Source: Meyerozyma guilliermondii
Taxonomy: Eukaryota
Assembly: GCA_051546255.1 (NCBI GenBank)
Contig: CP128816.1
Location: 310,001 to 374,000, forward strand
Length of the DNA stretch: 64,000 bases
Direction of reading: 5' to 3'
The notes beneath the pieces are model-generated. The model worked only from the letters and a program-made list of their open reading frames with translations, was not told the DNA's origin and made no database searches. This document shows positions 31,089 through 43,018 of this stretch, in pieces; positions within the stretch are counted from its first letter, which is position 1; each line of letters begins with the position of its first letter. The position numbers were made by a program, and so were the translations under genes.

Positions 31089-31844
31089 CTATTTACATGC
31101 AGCCAACAAATCTTCCAAGTAGTAATCTCGGGACCTTCCGTGCCCATCCAAGTCTCTAACTGCCACTGTCAAGTTCTCTAAATACTCGATGTTAGGACCC
31201 GAAGGACCTCGGCTACTTTTGATAATCGATGCAGTATCGGCAATCAGCTCGGGACCCACAAAAGATTCGTTGTCAATGGTGCCAATATAAATAAATGAAG
31301 TGATGACATGGTAGCCGTTCGTCTGGGGAACTTCTGAGAGCACTTCTTTCGCCTCGTCCGTATCAGGACTGCTTACTATATGAAATGGAATATTGTGCAA
31401 AGTATACCCATCCTGTTCCCGAACATCTAAATACTCCCTTACCTCTGCCACATGCTCAGAAGGAATGTAGTATGCACATCCCCACAACTTCAAGTCTTCA
31501 TCGGTCAATTGACTCACTTTGTGAGCCACATCTACAATGTTAGAGGCATCTACTGGCACTTCTGGAGTGGCCGATTTCGACTGTATATCCGTCTCCTCTC
31601 TCACACGCTCTCCACTACGAAGCTCGTACATATGGAGATCGTCATGGAACCGAGGATCTTGCAAATCGGCTCTTTGAACAAGAGTAACTACACGGCCCGG
31701 AGCTTCTGGAGTTCCCCTGTGATCCGAAGAACTCTGCCAAAACCTCCTGATATATCCCTTGAGGTACCCGGTGACTCTAAATGCATAATGGGGCGGCGGC
31801 TTGAATATAAGCAGCCCATAGCCAATAACCCACATACCAGTCAT
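31089..31844 (-). CDS. GCG1: ChaC-like glutathione-specific gamma-glutamylcyclotransferase
   Basis: WVIGYG(S)LIFKPP, RRFWQSSSDHRGTPEAPGRVVTL, YLDVREQDGY, GPSGPNIEYL. Confidence 0.93.
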   Translation of the reverse strand: MTGMWVIGYGLLIFKPPPHYAFRVTGYLKGYIRRFWQSSSDHRGTPEAPGRVVTLVQRADLQDPRFHDDLHMYELRSGERVREETDIQSKSATPEVPVDASNIVDVAHKVSQLTDEDLKLWGCAYYIPSEHVAEVREYLDVREQDGYTLHNIPFHIVSSPDTDEAKEVLSEVPQTNGYHVITSFIYIGTIDNESFVGPELIADTASIIKSSRGPSGPNIEYLENLTVAVRDLDGHGRSRDYYLEDLLAACK

Positions 31845-32001
31845 AGTTGCAACTGCCGCACTATCGTTTCTCAATTGTGCATCTTTGACAGGCTTGCATC
31901 TCGCGTTCCTGCACCCAGCCCACCCGAGTTCCTTCCTGCGGCTTTGCGGATGCCAAGCAACTTCTTGGCATTATCTACAAAGATTCTATACAAACCGTTT
32001 G

Positions 32002-34961
32002 ATGGCATGGGCACAGCTAGAGGTATGTAAATAACCAGAGGGAGCTTAGAAGTACTTGGAGAGAGCAGGGAAACTTGGATACAAAAAGTAGAATTTTGAG
32101 CTACTATCAACAACACAAACAAGAGTTGTCAAGTATGGACTGATAGACATTTTGTTGCTACAGCCTCCAGATTTTCTATCGTGCTCCAGATTTCTTATCT
32201 TGTTCTCACTTTCGTCAGTTACAAGACATTCTTTTCAATACTAACCCAGATAGATCAGGCCCACATCGCCTATGCGTGTGTGGGGATCTTCAGTACGTTC
32301 TTCTCGCTCTTGTCGCTTTTTGTCAAGGAGCGTCTCTACATCGGTGAGGCGACGGTTGCCGCCATTGCTGGGTTGATTTTGGGACCTCATTGTCTCGGAT
32401 GGTTTGACCCAGTGACTTGGGGTAATACCGATAAGATTACACTTGAAATTAGTAGAATTGTCTTGTGTGTTCAAATCGTGGCCGTGGCCGTGGAATTGCC
32501 ACGGAAGTATATGAAGAAACACTGGGTATCTGTGGCTATTTTCTTGCTTCCCGTAATGACGTTCGGATGGCTTGTGGTGGGGCTTTTTGTATGGGCTTTG
32601 ATTCCCCATCTCAACTTTCCTTCCGCACTTTTGGTGAGTGCTTGTGTGACCGCCACCGACCCGGTGTTGGCTGCTGCCGTCGTGGGTAAGGGTAAGTTTG
32701 CCGAGCGTGTCCCTGGCCACTTGCGTAACTTGTTGACTGCCGAATCTGGCTGCAATGATGGTATGGCTTTTCCTTTTATATTTTTGTCTCTCAACTTGAC
32801 GTTGTATCCGGGACAAGCAGGACGTATCGTCAAGGATTGGATCACCCTCACCATTCTCTACGAGTGTTTTTTTGGGGTCATTCTCGGTGTCACTATCGGC
32901 TTCACTTTGAAAAGAGCGGTAGCATTTGCAGAGAAAAAAAGCTTAATTGATAGAGAATCCTTTTTGGCTTTTTTCATCTTTATCGCATTCAACTCGGCCG
33001 GCCTTGGCTCGATGTTGGGGGTCGATGATTTGCTTGTGTCGTTTGCGGCCGGTACTGCCTTTGGCTGGAATGGTGAGTTTGCTAAAAAAACTGAAGAGTC
33101 TCATGTCTCCACCGTCATCGATTTGATTATCAACTTGGCATTTTTTGTCTATTTTGGTGCCATTATCCCATGGCCGCAGTTCAACAACGCCGACATAGGA
33201 CTCAACGCATGGAGACTAGTGGTTTTGGCTATTGTCATCATTTTCTTAAGACGAGTGCCAGCAGTCTTGGCTCTCAAACCTTTCACTCCAGACGTGAAAA
33301 CATGGAGAGAAGCCTTGTTCTGTGGCCATTTTGGTCCTATTGGAGTCGGGGCTATTTTTGCAGCTATTCTTGCTCGCGGTGATGTTGAAGCCCATTACAC
33401 TCACGAGGAAACCCCAATAGATTTAAGTGACTTGTCTCCCACACATCCGCACTATCAGTTGCTCGAGATCATTTGGCCAGTAGTTTGCTTTGTGGTGATC
33501 GTTTCTATTATTGTTCATGGTTCATCGGTTGCCGTTTTGACATTAGGAAAGCGGTTGAACCGAATGGCAATCACCATGACTTTCACTGCTACTAGCACCA
33601 AGGACCAGGGCCCATCCTGGATGAACCGTTTACAGAAGTTGGACAAGGCTTCAACTTCGTTTTCTCTTCATAGAATCGACACTGCCGTTCCAGGCGATGA
33701 AGAAATGGAGCGTTCAAACACCATTGAAACTAGCGGAGTCAAGGTGAGACCCGCTGGAGGTGCTAAGCGGAAGAGGCACAAGAAAAAGCGTAGAGGAGCT
33801 GCATCGAATCTCAAGAAGACCTTGTCAATGGCTAACTCTGAGAGCGACGCTGCATCTATGAACCAGAGACAGAGACCTCACACTGAATTTCTTCAGCTTG
33901 GAAGAAGTACATCAAACGCTCCTCCCGACGAATCGATACCTGTTCTGGAGGAGTCTCTAAATTCACCTGAAACGGAATCTCCGCAAACTGGAATCGATGA
34001 AAAAGACAATGATTCAGTTCCTTCTTTGGAAGTTGAGAACACTGGCGAAAAGATTGCGATAGCCGTTCCACATGGTTCACAGCAAGACGCCGAAGCAGAC
34101 AAGGTGGATCATCGTACTACCGAACGCAAGCAGAGCGTTGCTACTGTTGCATATCAGGAAGGTAACAAGATTGTTATCGAGGATGAGAATGGTGAAGTGG
34201 TTGAGACTTTACCAATGAAGGGCAATAAAGCCATCGCCAAAGCAGCTCGTGGAGAAGATAACATGTCTATTCATTCAGCTGAGTCACTTCGTCGTCAAAT
34301 GACCCAATATTCCACTGCATCGAATAGTTCTAACCAATCTCGAACACAGACTCTTGAGGAGAGATTGAGCAAGGTTCCAAGCAGAAGAAGAGCTTTTTAC
34401 AAAAAGGGCGATCCTGGTCAGCGAAAGGTGTATGCTCATCAAGTTGACAACTTGATCATTATAGAGAACGAAGATGGTGATATCGTTCGCCGATACAGAG
34501 TCAACAAGCATTCTACCAACAGGGAAAGGTCGGGGTCGCTTATGAACAGAGCATTATCCAAGGTGGGTATCAGGTCTAGACAGGGATCAACTAGTGCACC
34601 CGAACCTGTGTTGACGCAGGTTCATGATTCGACCAAGCCAAACTCTCCACTCAGAGATTCCAAGCTCGAGACAAAGATAGAGAACCAATTGGTGGATATT
34701 TTCACTAAAAAGAAGGGACCAGGACAACCAAAGGGGCAAGCTGCGATCCAAAGAAAACGGCTGCCACCACCTGCAGTGGCCGAAGCTACGGACGAGGATG
34801 AAGACCAAGAAGATTACGACCATGACTCAGAGGATGATGATGCTTCAGTAGACTCAGAAGAGGACGAGATTCTTCAGGAGTCCAACGTTGAAAGACAGCG
34901 GAGACTAGCAGCATTAGGACGCATTCCCGACAAGAGAGACAGAGACGACGAGGAGGAATAA
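32002..34961 (+). CDS. NHA1: Plasma-membrane Na+,K+/H+ antiporter; exons 32002-32022 and 32250-34961, 227-nt intron
   Basis: Spliced N-terminus MAWAQLE|IDQAHIAYACVG matches Nha1/Cnh1; intron GTATGT...TACTAACCCAG; TATDPVLA, ESGCNDG, GHFGPIGVGA. Confidence 0.93.
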
Positions 34962-35022
34962 AGACTGAGATTTGCATTTTGTAGCATATTAATCATGATG
35001 TAGTTACTTTTAGTGGCATAAA

Positions 35023-36321
35023 TCAATGAGCTGCCTTTGGAGCGGTAGGAAGGGTCTTTAAACTCTCTCTGATCGACTCCACACCCTTCAACAAGTCCTC
35101 TTCGGAAATCACCAATGGAGGAGCCAATCTGATGATGTGATCATGGGTAGGTTTAGCCAACACGCCGTGGTCTTTCATCAACAAGCAAAGATCCCATGCC
35201 GATCTGCCGTTGGTTTTCGAGTCATCGATGACAATCGCAGACAACAAACCCTTTCCTCTCACTTCTGAAATCATGCCATTGGATTGTTCCTTCAACTCTT
35301 CCAACTTGGAGCGCAATAAGCTGCCAAGTTTGTTGGCTCTTTCCACCAAATTTTCATCCTGAACCACCTGTAAAGCAGCAATGGCTACACGACAGGCGAG
35401 CGGGTTTCCTCCATAAGTCGAGCCGTGCGAGCCTGGTTCCAAGCACAACATGATATCCTTAGAGGAGAGCACGGCGGAAACTGGAAATACACCACCAGAA
35501 ATGGCTTTACCTAACAAAACCACATCCGGTCTAACATTAGGGTAGTGTTCGTAGCACAACAATTTTCCGGTTCTGGCAATGCCGGTCTGGATTTCATCAC
35601 AGATGAGAAGAACGTTGTGTTCCTTGCACAATGCCTGGACCTTGGTGAAGTAATCAGGAGGAGGAACCACGATACCAGCCTCACCTTGAATGGGTTCCAA
35701 GAGAATGGCTGCAATTTTGTCGCCGGCATTTTTGAATGCCTTTTCTACATCTGCAATGACACCATAGCGGATAAATGTTCCTTTGGGCTCTCCAGGAATC
35801 TGAGGTCCCACTCCAGCCAAATATGGGCCGAAATTGGTGGTGGCATCCGGGTCGGTGGACATGGAAATGACTCCCAAACTTCTGCCATGAAAGTTATTTG
35901 ATGCAGATAAAATGATAGCCTCGCCCTCAGGAATGCCCTTCTTGACATATCCCCATCTTCTCGCCAATTTAAGACCGGTTTCCACAGCTTCAACACCGGT
36001 GTTCATTGGAAGCACCATCTCGTACTTGAAGTACTCGGTAATGTATTTGGCAAAAACACCAAAAACATCCGACGAAAATGCCCGCGAGCACAATGTCAAC
36101 TTGGAAGCCTGGTCCACCAACGCCTCCACGATTTTGGGGTGACAATGGCCTTGGTTTACGGCCGAATAAGCAGACAAAAAATCGAGGTATTCTTTGCCTT
36201 CTGGATCCCATACATGGGCACCCTTAGCCTTTGTGAATACTACAGGCAATGGGTGGTAGTTGTGGGCGGAGTATTCTTGCTCGTACTGAACGGCAGTGGC
36301 CGAAGAAACGGAAAAATTCAT
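35023..36321 (-). CDS. CAR2: Ornithine aminotransferase
   Basis: [57 protein letters not shown]. Confidence 0.97.
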   Translation of the reverse strand: MNFSVSSATAVQYEQEYSAHNYHPLPVVFTKAKGAHVWDPEGKEYLDFLSAYSAVNQGHCHPKIVEALVDQASKLTLCSRAFSSDVFGVFAKYITEYFKYEMVLPMNTGVEAVETGLKLARRWGYVKKGIPEGEAIILSASNNFHGRSLGVISMSTDPDATTNFGPYLAGVGPQIPGEPKGTFIRYGVIADVEKAFKNAGDKIAAILLEPIQGEAGIVVPPPDYFTKVQALCKEHNVLLICDEIQTGIARTGKLLCYEHYPNVRPDVVLLGKAISGGVFPVSAVLSSKDIMLCLEPGSHGSTYGGNPLACRVAIAALQVVQDENLVERANKLGSLLRSKLEELKEQSNGMISEVRGKGLLSAIVIDDSKTNGRSAWDLCLLMKDHGVLAKPTHDHIIRLAPPLVISEEDLLKGVESIRESLKTLPTAPKAAH

Positions 36322-36611
36322 GGTTGCAGAAACGTGGATATGACCCCAGATTATATATATCTTGTCGGCGACAGTTGCCGCACAGACGCGGAGACGATTC
36401 GGACTCTATAGGCAGGAGAAGCCGATGGGGGAAGGAGAACGCGACAGAGGGTGCCGTTAGAGGAATACGTTTTCGGACCAAAAAAGTCACTCACACGAAA
36501 ACGCACAAAGACTGAAAGAACTATGACCAAGGGAATACCTCCAGTACCTCAAATAAATCTCGCAAACCAGTTTTTGTCGAGATACTTATATCTTTCCCAG
36601 ACTTCTGGCTA

Positions 36612-37076
36612 ATGGCTCACACCCATACACCAACCTCATTTCAATCAATTGATTCAATTTCGCACCAGCTCCTCATGGAAACGAAACGGAGAACCAGAGA
36701 GCAACCACCGGTGCGTGATGCCACGTCGGAAGAGCTCGCAATGCTAGGAATGCGTATCAGAAAAGCGGTTTCTGAAGGATATCGTACTGGAAATGAATAT
36801 ACTGGTCACAACTATGGTCTAGATGGCCACCTCCAATCATACGAAAGAGTACCTTTGCCCTCCCATATTAGCCAGCCGCCCTCCTTGATGGATGCAGGTT
36901 CCACTGTAGACTCCAGTTCCAGTTTGTCTGAGTGGGGGACCAAATTTGAGGCGCTCCAACCAAAGTTGCAGGTGATTGGCGAAGTCGAAAATCGTAAACG
37001 AAAGCCTGAGGAGGCGCCAGATTTGGGAACTTATCAGCAACGGTACGGCGAGTTGGCATTCAACGAGGATTTTTAG
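36612..37076 (+). CDS. DIF1: Ribonucleotide reductase inhibitor family protein (Dif1/Sml1/Spd1-like); start may be 36675
   Basis: LAMLGMRIRKAVSEGY Hug/Spd1 motif, C-terminal FNEDF; divergent from CAR2 as DIF1 is in S. cerevisiae. Confidence 0.75.
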   Translation: MAHTHTPTSFQSIDSISHQLLMETKRRTREQPPVRDATSEELAMLGMRIRKAVSEGYRTGNEYTGHNYGLDGHLQSYERVPLPSHISQPPSLMDAGSTVDSSSSLSEWGTKFEALQPKLQVIGEVENRKRKPEEAPDLGTYQQRYGELAFNEDF

Positions 37077-37393
37077 CTTTTTACTTCTTGCTATTTAGAT
37101 AATGGCCCTTATTATATTTTGCTTCACGGCTGTAGTCCAGTCCAGTCCTGCAGACAAGCCTCACTTCAAATCACTTCTGTTGCGAAGGGGGAGTTTTATC
37201 AACATTTTCATTATCTACTTGTACCATCCACACCTCCTTTGCACCCTTTTTTGCTCCATAAGCCGAAAGTAGCGGCTATCACAAGCGCTCAGTTTGCTAA
37301 TACCAGCTTTTTCTTGGGCTCACTAATATAATTTACATCCGTTTTTACATTCATTTCAATCGTGATTTTCATCATTGCCATCATTAACCCCCA

Positions 37394-38932
37394 ATGCAGC
37401 CAAAGAACTTGCTCAAATTATCACACAATCTTTCGGCCAGAGAGAGGGGTCTTCAGGTGACACGTTTGTTCACGTCGTTTACTGTTATTGTGTTGATTAT
37501 TGCTGCCCTTGTTGGCTCATTGTTGTCTCATAAAATCTACATTTCCCGAATAAATTGTGCCCATTTGGACGTTTCTTATGGGCTCTACAAGTCGTTAAGG
37601 ACACTTGTGTCGTTATCACCCTCGATTTTAGAGCAGGAAAGCAGCGCTGGTGTGTATCCTATGGATTCGTCACTCACCAATTCAGAAATTACAGTACTTA
37701 CAAATTATGCCGAAGAGCAAGTGGCGAATGCTCCTCAATATACCTTCACATCCATGTGGAGATGGTGCTATGGCAACTATAATATAACCAAAGTCCATGA
37801 AAAGGATGGAAAGATGAAATTTAACAAGCATAATGATGTGATATCGTGCTCGAGCGACGCCAAAGAATATGTGTTTGACTACCGTCAAGAATTGGCTGAT
37901 ATTGGTCTTCAAAGTATTTTGGCGTATGCATACCAATCCAGCAGTTTTGATGACAATTCGTACCAGAAAGCTACTGCGAAAAGGGAATCCAAATACAAAA
38001 AAGTCCCTGGTGCACTTTTCTTTGCAGCAGCATCTCAAGCTGTGCTACTCATACTCACCTACTTTGTCTATCTCGATCGCGGTGACAATCCCAAAGTCAA
38101 AGAACAGCAAATGTTCATGATGAATTTCCTCGCGCTCTTGTCGATGGCTAGCTTCCTCGCAATGGCTATTGGAGTTGGGTTGTTAACACAAATTTTGGTC
38201 GAGGTGAAGCTGGAAGTTCTGAAGTCTCTCAACGATTTTGGGGTAACGTTCCATTTAGGTAAAGCATGGTTCTCATTATTGTGGGCTTCCTGTATTTTTG
38301 CCCTCTTATCCATGGCATCGTGGACTCTTCCCTTGTGGTGTGCAAACCCACCTGAAGACATTGATGACGATTTTGAAGCGGGGATTCCTCGACACCACAG
38401 AAGAACCACTCATAATGCAAATGAAAATCGGGGCCATTTGCGCAGTGTTTCTAATCCACTTTTGAATGAGGCATATGTGACTGACGATATCAATGACGAA
38501 CGTAAAGAATCACCAGATATGGAGACGGCCACGAGGCTTGTTGAACGACAACCCACATTCACCACTGAGGAAGAGCTCCGCAAATTAGGTGAGTCACTTT
38601 CCAGAAGTGTGTCTGTTAGACATCTAAACCGCAAGACGAGCAACAAGAAAACTCAACCAACTTTCACGACCGTAACCGAGGATCCATTTGATTCGGCTTC
38701 GCTAATAGAAAATGACGATCAGAGTTCGCATCATTATAGAGAAGAGACCTATGACGGTTACCAGAACAGACAAAGATACCCTGAGTTTTCTCATTCAAAG
38801 CATGATCGAAATGTTCTGGCAACCCTGAACAGTGCCATGCTATTGAATAATGAGAATGACGCAAGCTCATTTCTCAACGAAGACGAAATTCACTTTTTGG
38901 ACCACAACAACTTTATCAACAAAATGACTTAG
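37394..38932 (+). CDS. ECM7: Claudin/SUR7-like 4-TM protein Ecm7
   Basis: YISRINCAHLDV, SMWRWCYGNY, YVFDYRQEL..IGL, FHLGKAWF; long cytosolic tail. Confidence 0.75.
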   Translation: MQPKNLLKLSHNLSARERGLQVTRLFTSFTVIVLIIAALVGSLLSHKIYISRINCAHLDVSYGLYKSLRTLVSLSPSILEQESSAGVYPMDSSLTNSEITVLTNYAEEQVANAPQYTFTSMWRWCYGNYNITKVHEKDGKMKFNKHNDVISCSSDAKEYVFDYRQELADIGLQSILAYAYQSSSFDDNSYQKATAKRESKYKKVPGALFFAAASQAVLLILTYFVYLDRGDNPKVKEQQMFMMNFLALLSMASFLAMAIGVGLLTQILVEVKLEVLKSLNDFGVTFHLGKAWFSLLWASCIFALLSMASWTLPLWCANPPEDIDDDFEAGIPRHHRRTTHNANENRGHLRSVSNPLLNEAYVTDDINDERKESPDMETATRLVERQPTFTTEEELRKLGESLSRSVSVRHLNRKTSNKKTQPTFTTVTEDPFDSASLIENDDQSSHHYREETYDGYQNRQRYPEFSHSKHDRNVLATLNSAMLLNNENDASSFLNEDEIHFLDHNNFINKMT

Positions 38933-38964
38933 ATATGGATCTATTGAATGAAAGATTGTGAACT

Positions 38965-39170
38965 GTCACAAATAATTTATTGAGAGCAAGAGTTGTAGGA
39001 ACAAAATGCAAGTAGTATAAATCAGGCGTACAATTCTCTATTTGGAGAACAGGCGGAGTTGCAACTTTGCAAACTGCACATAACTCTTGCCTTTGTCTTT
39101 GTTCTGTGCATGCCCGTTGGAGAAAACTTGCCTAATTAGGAAAGGTTATTTTCATCAGCACTAATTAGGA
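38965..39170 (+). promoter_or_regulatory. MSE (Ndt80-type) and Mcm1-type sites upstream of SMA2-like gene
   Basis: GTCACAAAT 38965-38973; CCTAATTAGGAAA 39131-39143; second CTAATTAGGA 39161-39170. Confidence 0.5.
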
Positions 39171-39217
39171 AGTCGAAGCTAGTTTTATAAACTGGCTTTT
39201 TAGACACGGGTCTAGTT

Positions 39218-40339
39218 ATGTTTTCCAAATCTAACAACATGGAATCGCAGTTTCTTCGCGATAGTATGGACTTTGAGCCGGAGTCAGATGAAGTAGAAGA
39301 AAAACTTCTCTCTTACCGTCGCGACCATGTTGCAGCCAGAATATCCCGCCAAAGACTGAACCCCAGATTTCGGGCTATTTCTGTTGGAATCCTCATTATT
39401 TCGTTACTATTGACCATTTTCAGTCTGATAGCTTCACAATCTTGTGTGGAACTGGACGGGTGGTGCTTACCAGAGGTTTCTGTCAAGATTCAAGAAACCT
39501 CAGACGAAGGCAGAAAACTTTTGGACCAAGCAAGAGCTGGTCTTAGGTTAGCAACATACTTGGCAAAGGATTTGGCAGTGCACCCCTCGGCGGAGGACAT
39601 CAAAAATGAAGAAACTGAGCATATTTCAATGTCTGAATTCACTGAAACCGTTGACACCTTCACTAACAATTATACCTTCCATTTCTCATATAATGGCTTT
39701 TGCCGGGAAAGCGATATAGATCACAGCCGTGCCTGCTTACCAGCAGAGGGTCTTGACGTTTTGTCTTGTTTGGTGGAAGATATTGGGCTCCAATTGGGAA
39801 ATGTTTCCAAAGCTCACGACGGTTCCAAAGTTGCGAAAACTTTGGTTGCGACTTTCCAAAAGGCTTCGATTGCCTTTGGCGCCATGTGGCAGCTGAAGAA
39901 CCAGCACTATGTCAAGGGAGAAGATATCAAGGAAGACGCTCATATGGCCCAATTAAAGGCTTTTCACTCGGCGAAAACCATGCAAAGTTTTGCCAAACAG
40001 CAGGCTTGGCTCTCATATGCGAGCACCTATGTTTCTGGTTTTGCAACTTTATTGTTTGCATTTGTAGTCATGGCCGTTTACTTTCCTGGTCGCTTCACCG
40101 ACTCGATTCAAAAACACCACAGAACTCCTATCTTGGTTATGGCATTCATCCAGTTTGCGGTCCAAACATATATGGTCGCAGGACTCATATACTACTTGCA
40201 CAGAGTACATAAACTTGGCCGTAACCTTGAGGTAGCACAAGTTACCACCGGATCTGGATCCTGGACCATCAACACTTTTAGATTTGTGTTTTCAGCCGCT
40301 GCGCTTTACTTTGTCATAACTCTTCGAAAGAAAGAATAA
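39218..40339 (+). CDS. SMA2: Spore membrane assembly protein Sma2-like
   Basis: LRLATYLAKDL, FHFSYNGFCR and GLDVLSCLVEDIGLQLGNVS resemble recalled S. cerevisiae Sma2 segments; 4 TMs. Confidence 0.7.
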   Translation: MFSKSNNMESQFLRDSMDFEPESDEVEEKLLSYRRDHVAARISRQRLNPRFRAISVGILIISLLLTIFSLIASQSCVELDGWCLPEVSVKIQETSDEGRKLLDQARAGLRLATYLAKDLAVHPSAEDIKNEETEHISMSEFTETVDTFTNNYTFHFSYNGFCRESDIDHSRACLPAEGLDVLSCLVEDIGLQLGNVSKAHDGSKVAKTLVATFQKASIAFGAMWQLKNQHYVKGEDIKEDAHMAQLKAFHSAKTMQSFAKQQAWLSYASTYVSGFATLLFAFVVMAVYFPGRFTDSIQKHHRTPILVMAFIQFAVQTYMVAGLIYYLHRVHKLGRNLEVAQVTTGSGSWTINTFRFVFSAAALYFVITLRKKE

Positions 40340-40596
40340 TACCCATAATAATGTACTAATATAATGTATCGCATTTACTTGTAGACTAATAGAATAAAGT
40401 GGAGTAATAGACTAAACCAGATTAATTGGGGCTTCTTGTCATTGAATCTACATACCAACCAAGTACAAATTCTCTGTCAATTGAACTATATCCTGGTTCA
40501 CACCAGACTGATCTACTCTAATTATCACCTCTAATTAACATTCAATTAAAACAGTACATTCTCCACTACTTCTCCACTACCTGGTTATCTCCACAT

Positions 40597-41937
<1,341 letters not shown>

Positions 41938-42246
41938 CTAAACGCCAGCTTACATAGTAAGTTGATGTCGTCATGTCATGTGGGGCGCTAACAGCGAAAC
42001 CGCATGCAGTAGGATGTTGGATTTTGTGGCATGGTTCGAATTTGGGGGTTGCAGTTATTATGTGGTATTGAAAAACACGTCAAAATGTATCATGTATGAC
42101 TATGCAAGCTATGCGTCAATTCCATTCATGTGTCAATGCAAGGTCAAAGCTTTATGTACGTGTCAATGCAAGTTTTGCAACCAATTTATGCACTCTGACT
42201 CCGCAAAGTCGCACTCCGAAAGTAAACACCCATGGACTACATATAA

Positions 42247-42999
42247 CATGATAGGCTATTCCATTGTATCACCATTCAGTGTAAGGGAACCACAAAAAAA
42301 GGCGAGCGATGCAAGCTCAACACCACCGATGGTTTCTGCCACTACCATGCGCCATATAAGAATTCAAAGAAGACATTACAACTTTCCAATCACCTACCTC
42401 CTAGCCCAATCAAGCATACGAAGACTTCTAGTCCCTCTAGATCACCATCTCCCACAAAAGACAAACCTGGATATATATACGTCTACACTGTGACAAGTTT
42501 GCTAAACGGCACTAACAACTCTCTTTTAGTTCAAAATCTTCCTGGAACCGCAACTCATGAGAAGAACAAATGGTCAGCCTTCGACGCTCGGAAGCTGAAG
42601 CACATGTTTATCAAGGTCGGTATGACCACAGGAACGGTTCGTGGTCGTTTGAGCCAATGGGAACTGAAATGCCAACATAAGCTCACCTGCTTGGTTCCAG
42701 GTGCTAAAATCAAGAAGAGCTTGGTTGATAGGTTTCGAAATCTCTCACTTTCCAGGCCCTCCTACAAAACGTTTGAAAGACAAAGCGACGGGTTTTGGTG
42801 CTCCAAATCGGCCCAGCAAGCAGAATCTCAGATTCATACTCTTCTACATAAAAAATACGGAAGGGGAAATATGCGGTGCGAGGGATGTGCCAAATCTGGC
42901 TCCAACTATAGTATTCATGTGGAATGGTTTCTCGTTCCCAAAAAAGACTTATCTAGTGTGTTCTCTATCATTGACTCGGTGTGTAGATGTTACAACTAA
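42247..42999 (+). CDS. T5orf172/GIY-YIG-like (Mug113-like) protein with N-terminal CCCH-type motif; true start unresolved
   Basis: One open frame 42247-42999: QCKGTTKKGERC...FCHYH, KPGYIYVY, FIKVGMT...RLSQW, AESQIH, CEGC...HVEWF; first in-frame ATG only at 42604. Confidence 0.7.
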   Translation, partial: HDRLFHCITIQCKGTTKKGERCKLNTTDGFCHYHAPYKNSKKTLQLSNHLPPSPIKHTKTSSPSRSPSPTKDKPGYIYVYTVTSLLNGTNNSLLVQNLPGTATHEKNKWSAFDARKLKHMFIKVGMTTGTVRGRLSQWELKCQHKLTCLVPGAKIKKSLVDRFRNLSLSRPSYKTFERQSDGFWCSKSAQQAESQIHTLLHKKYGRGNMRCEGCAKSGSNYSIHVEWFLVPKKDLSSVFSIIDSVCRCYN

Positions 43000-43018
43000 T
43001 ACATTCATCTAGATACTT

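Noticed and set aside
31452..32122. 192-aa and 83-aa ORFs overlapping GCG1 and the NHA1 first exon
   Set aside because: Antisense or overlapping shadows; the region is explained by GCG1 and the spliced NHA1 start
41978..42493. 171-aa ORF upstream of the T5orf172 gene
   Set aside because: The conserved motifs lie in a different frame; this ORF crosses the MET17 promoter and has no recognisable domain
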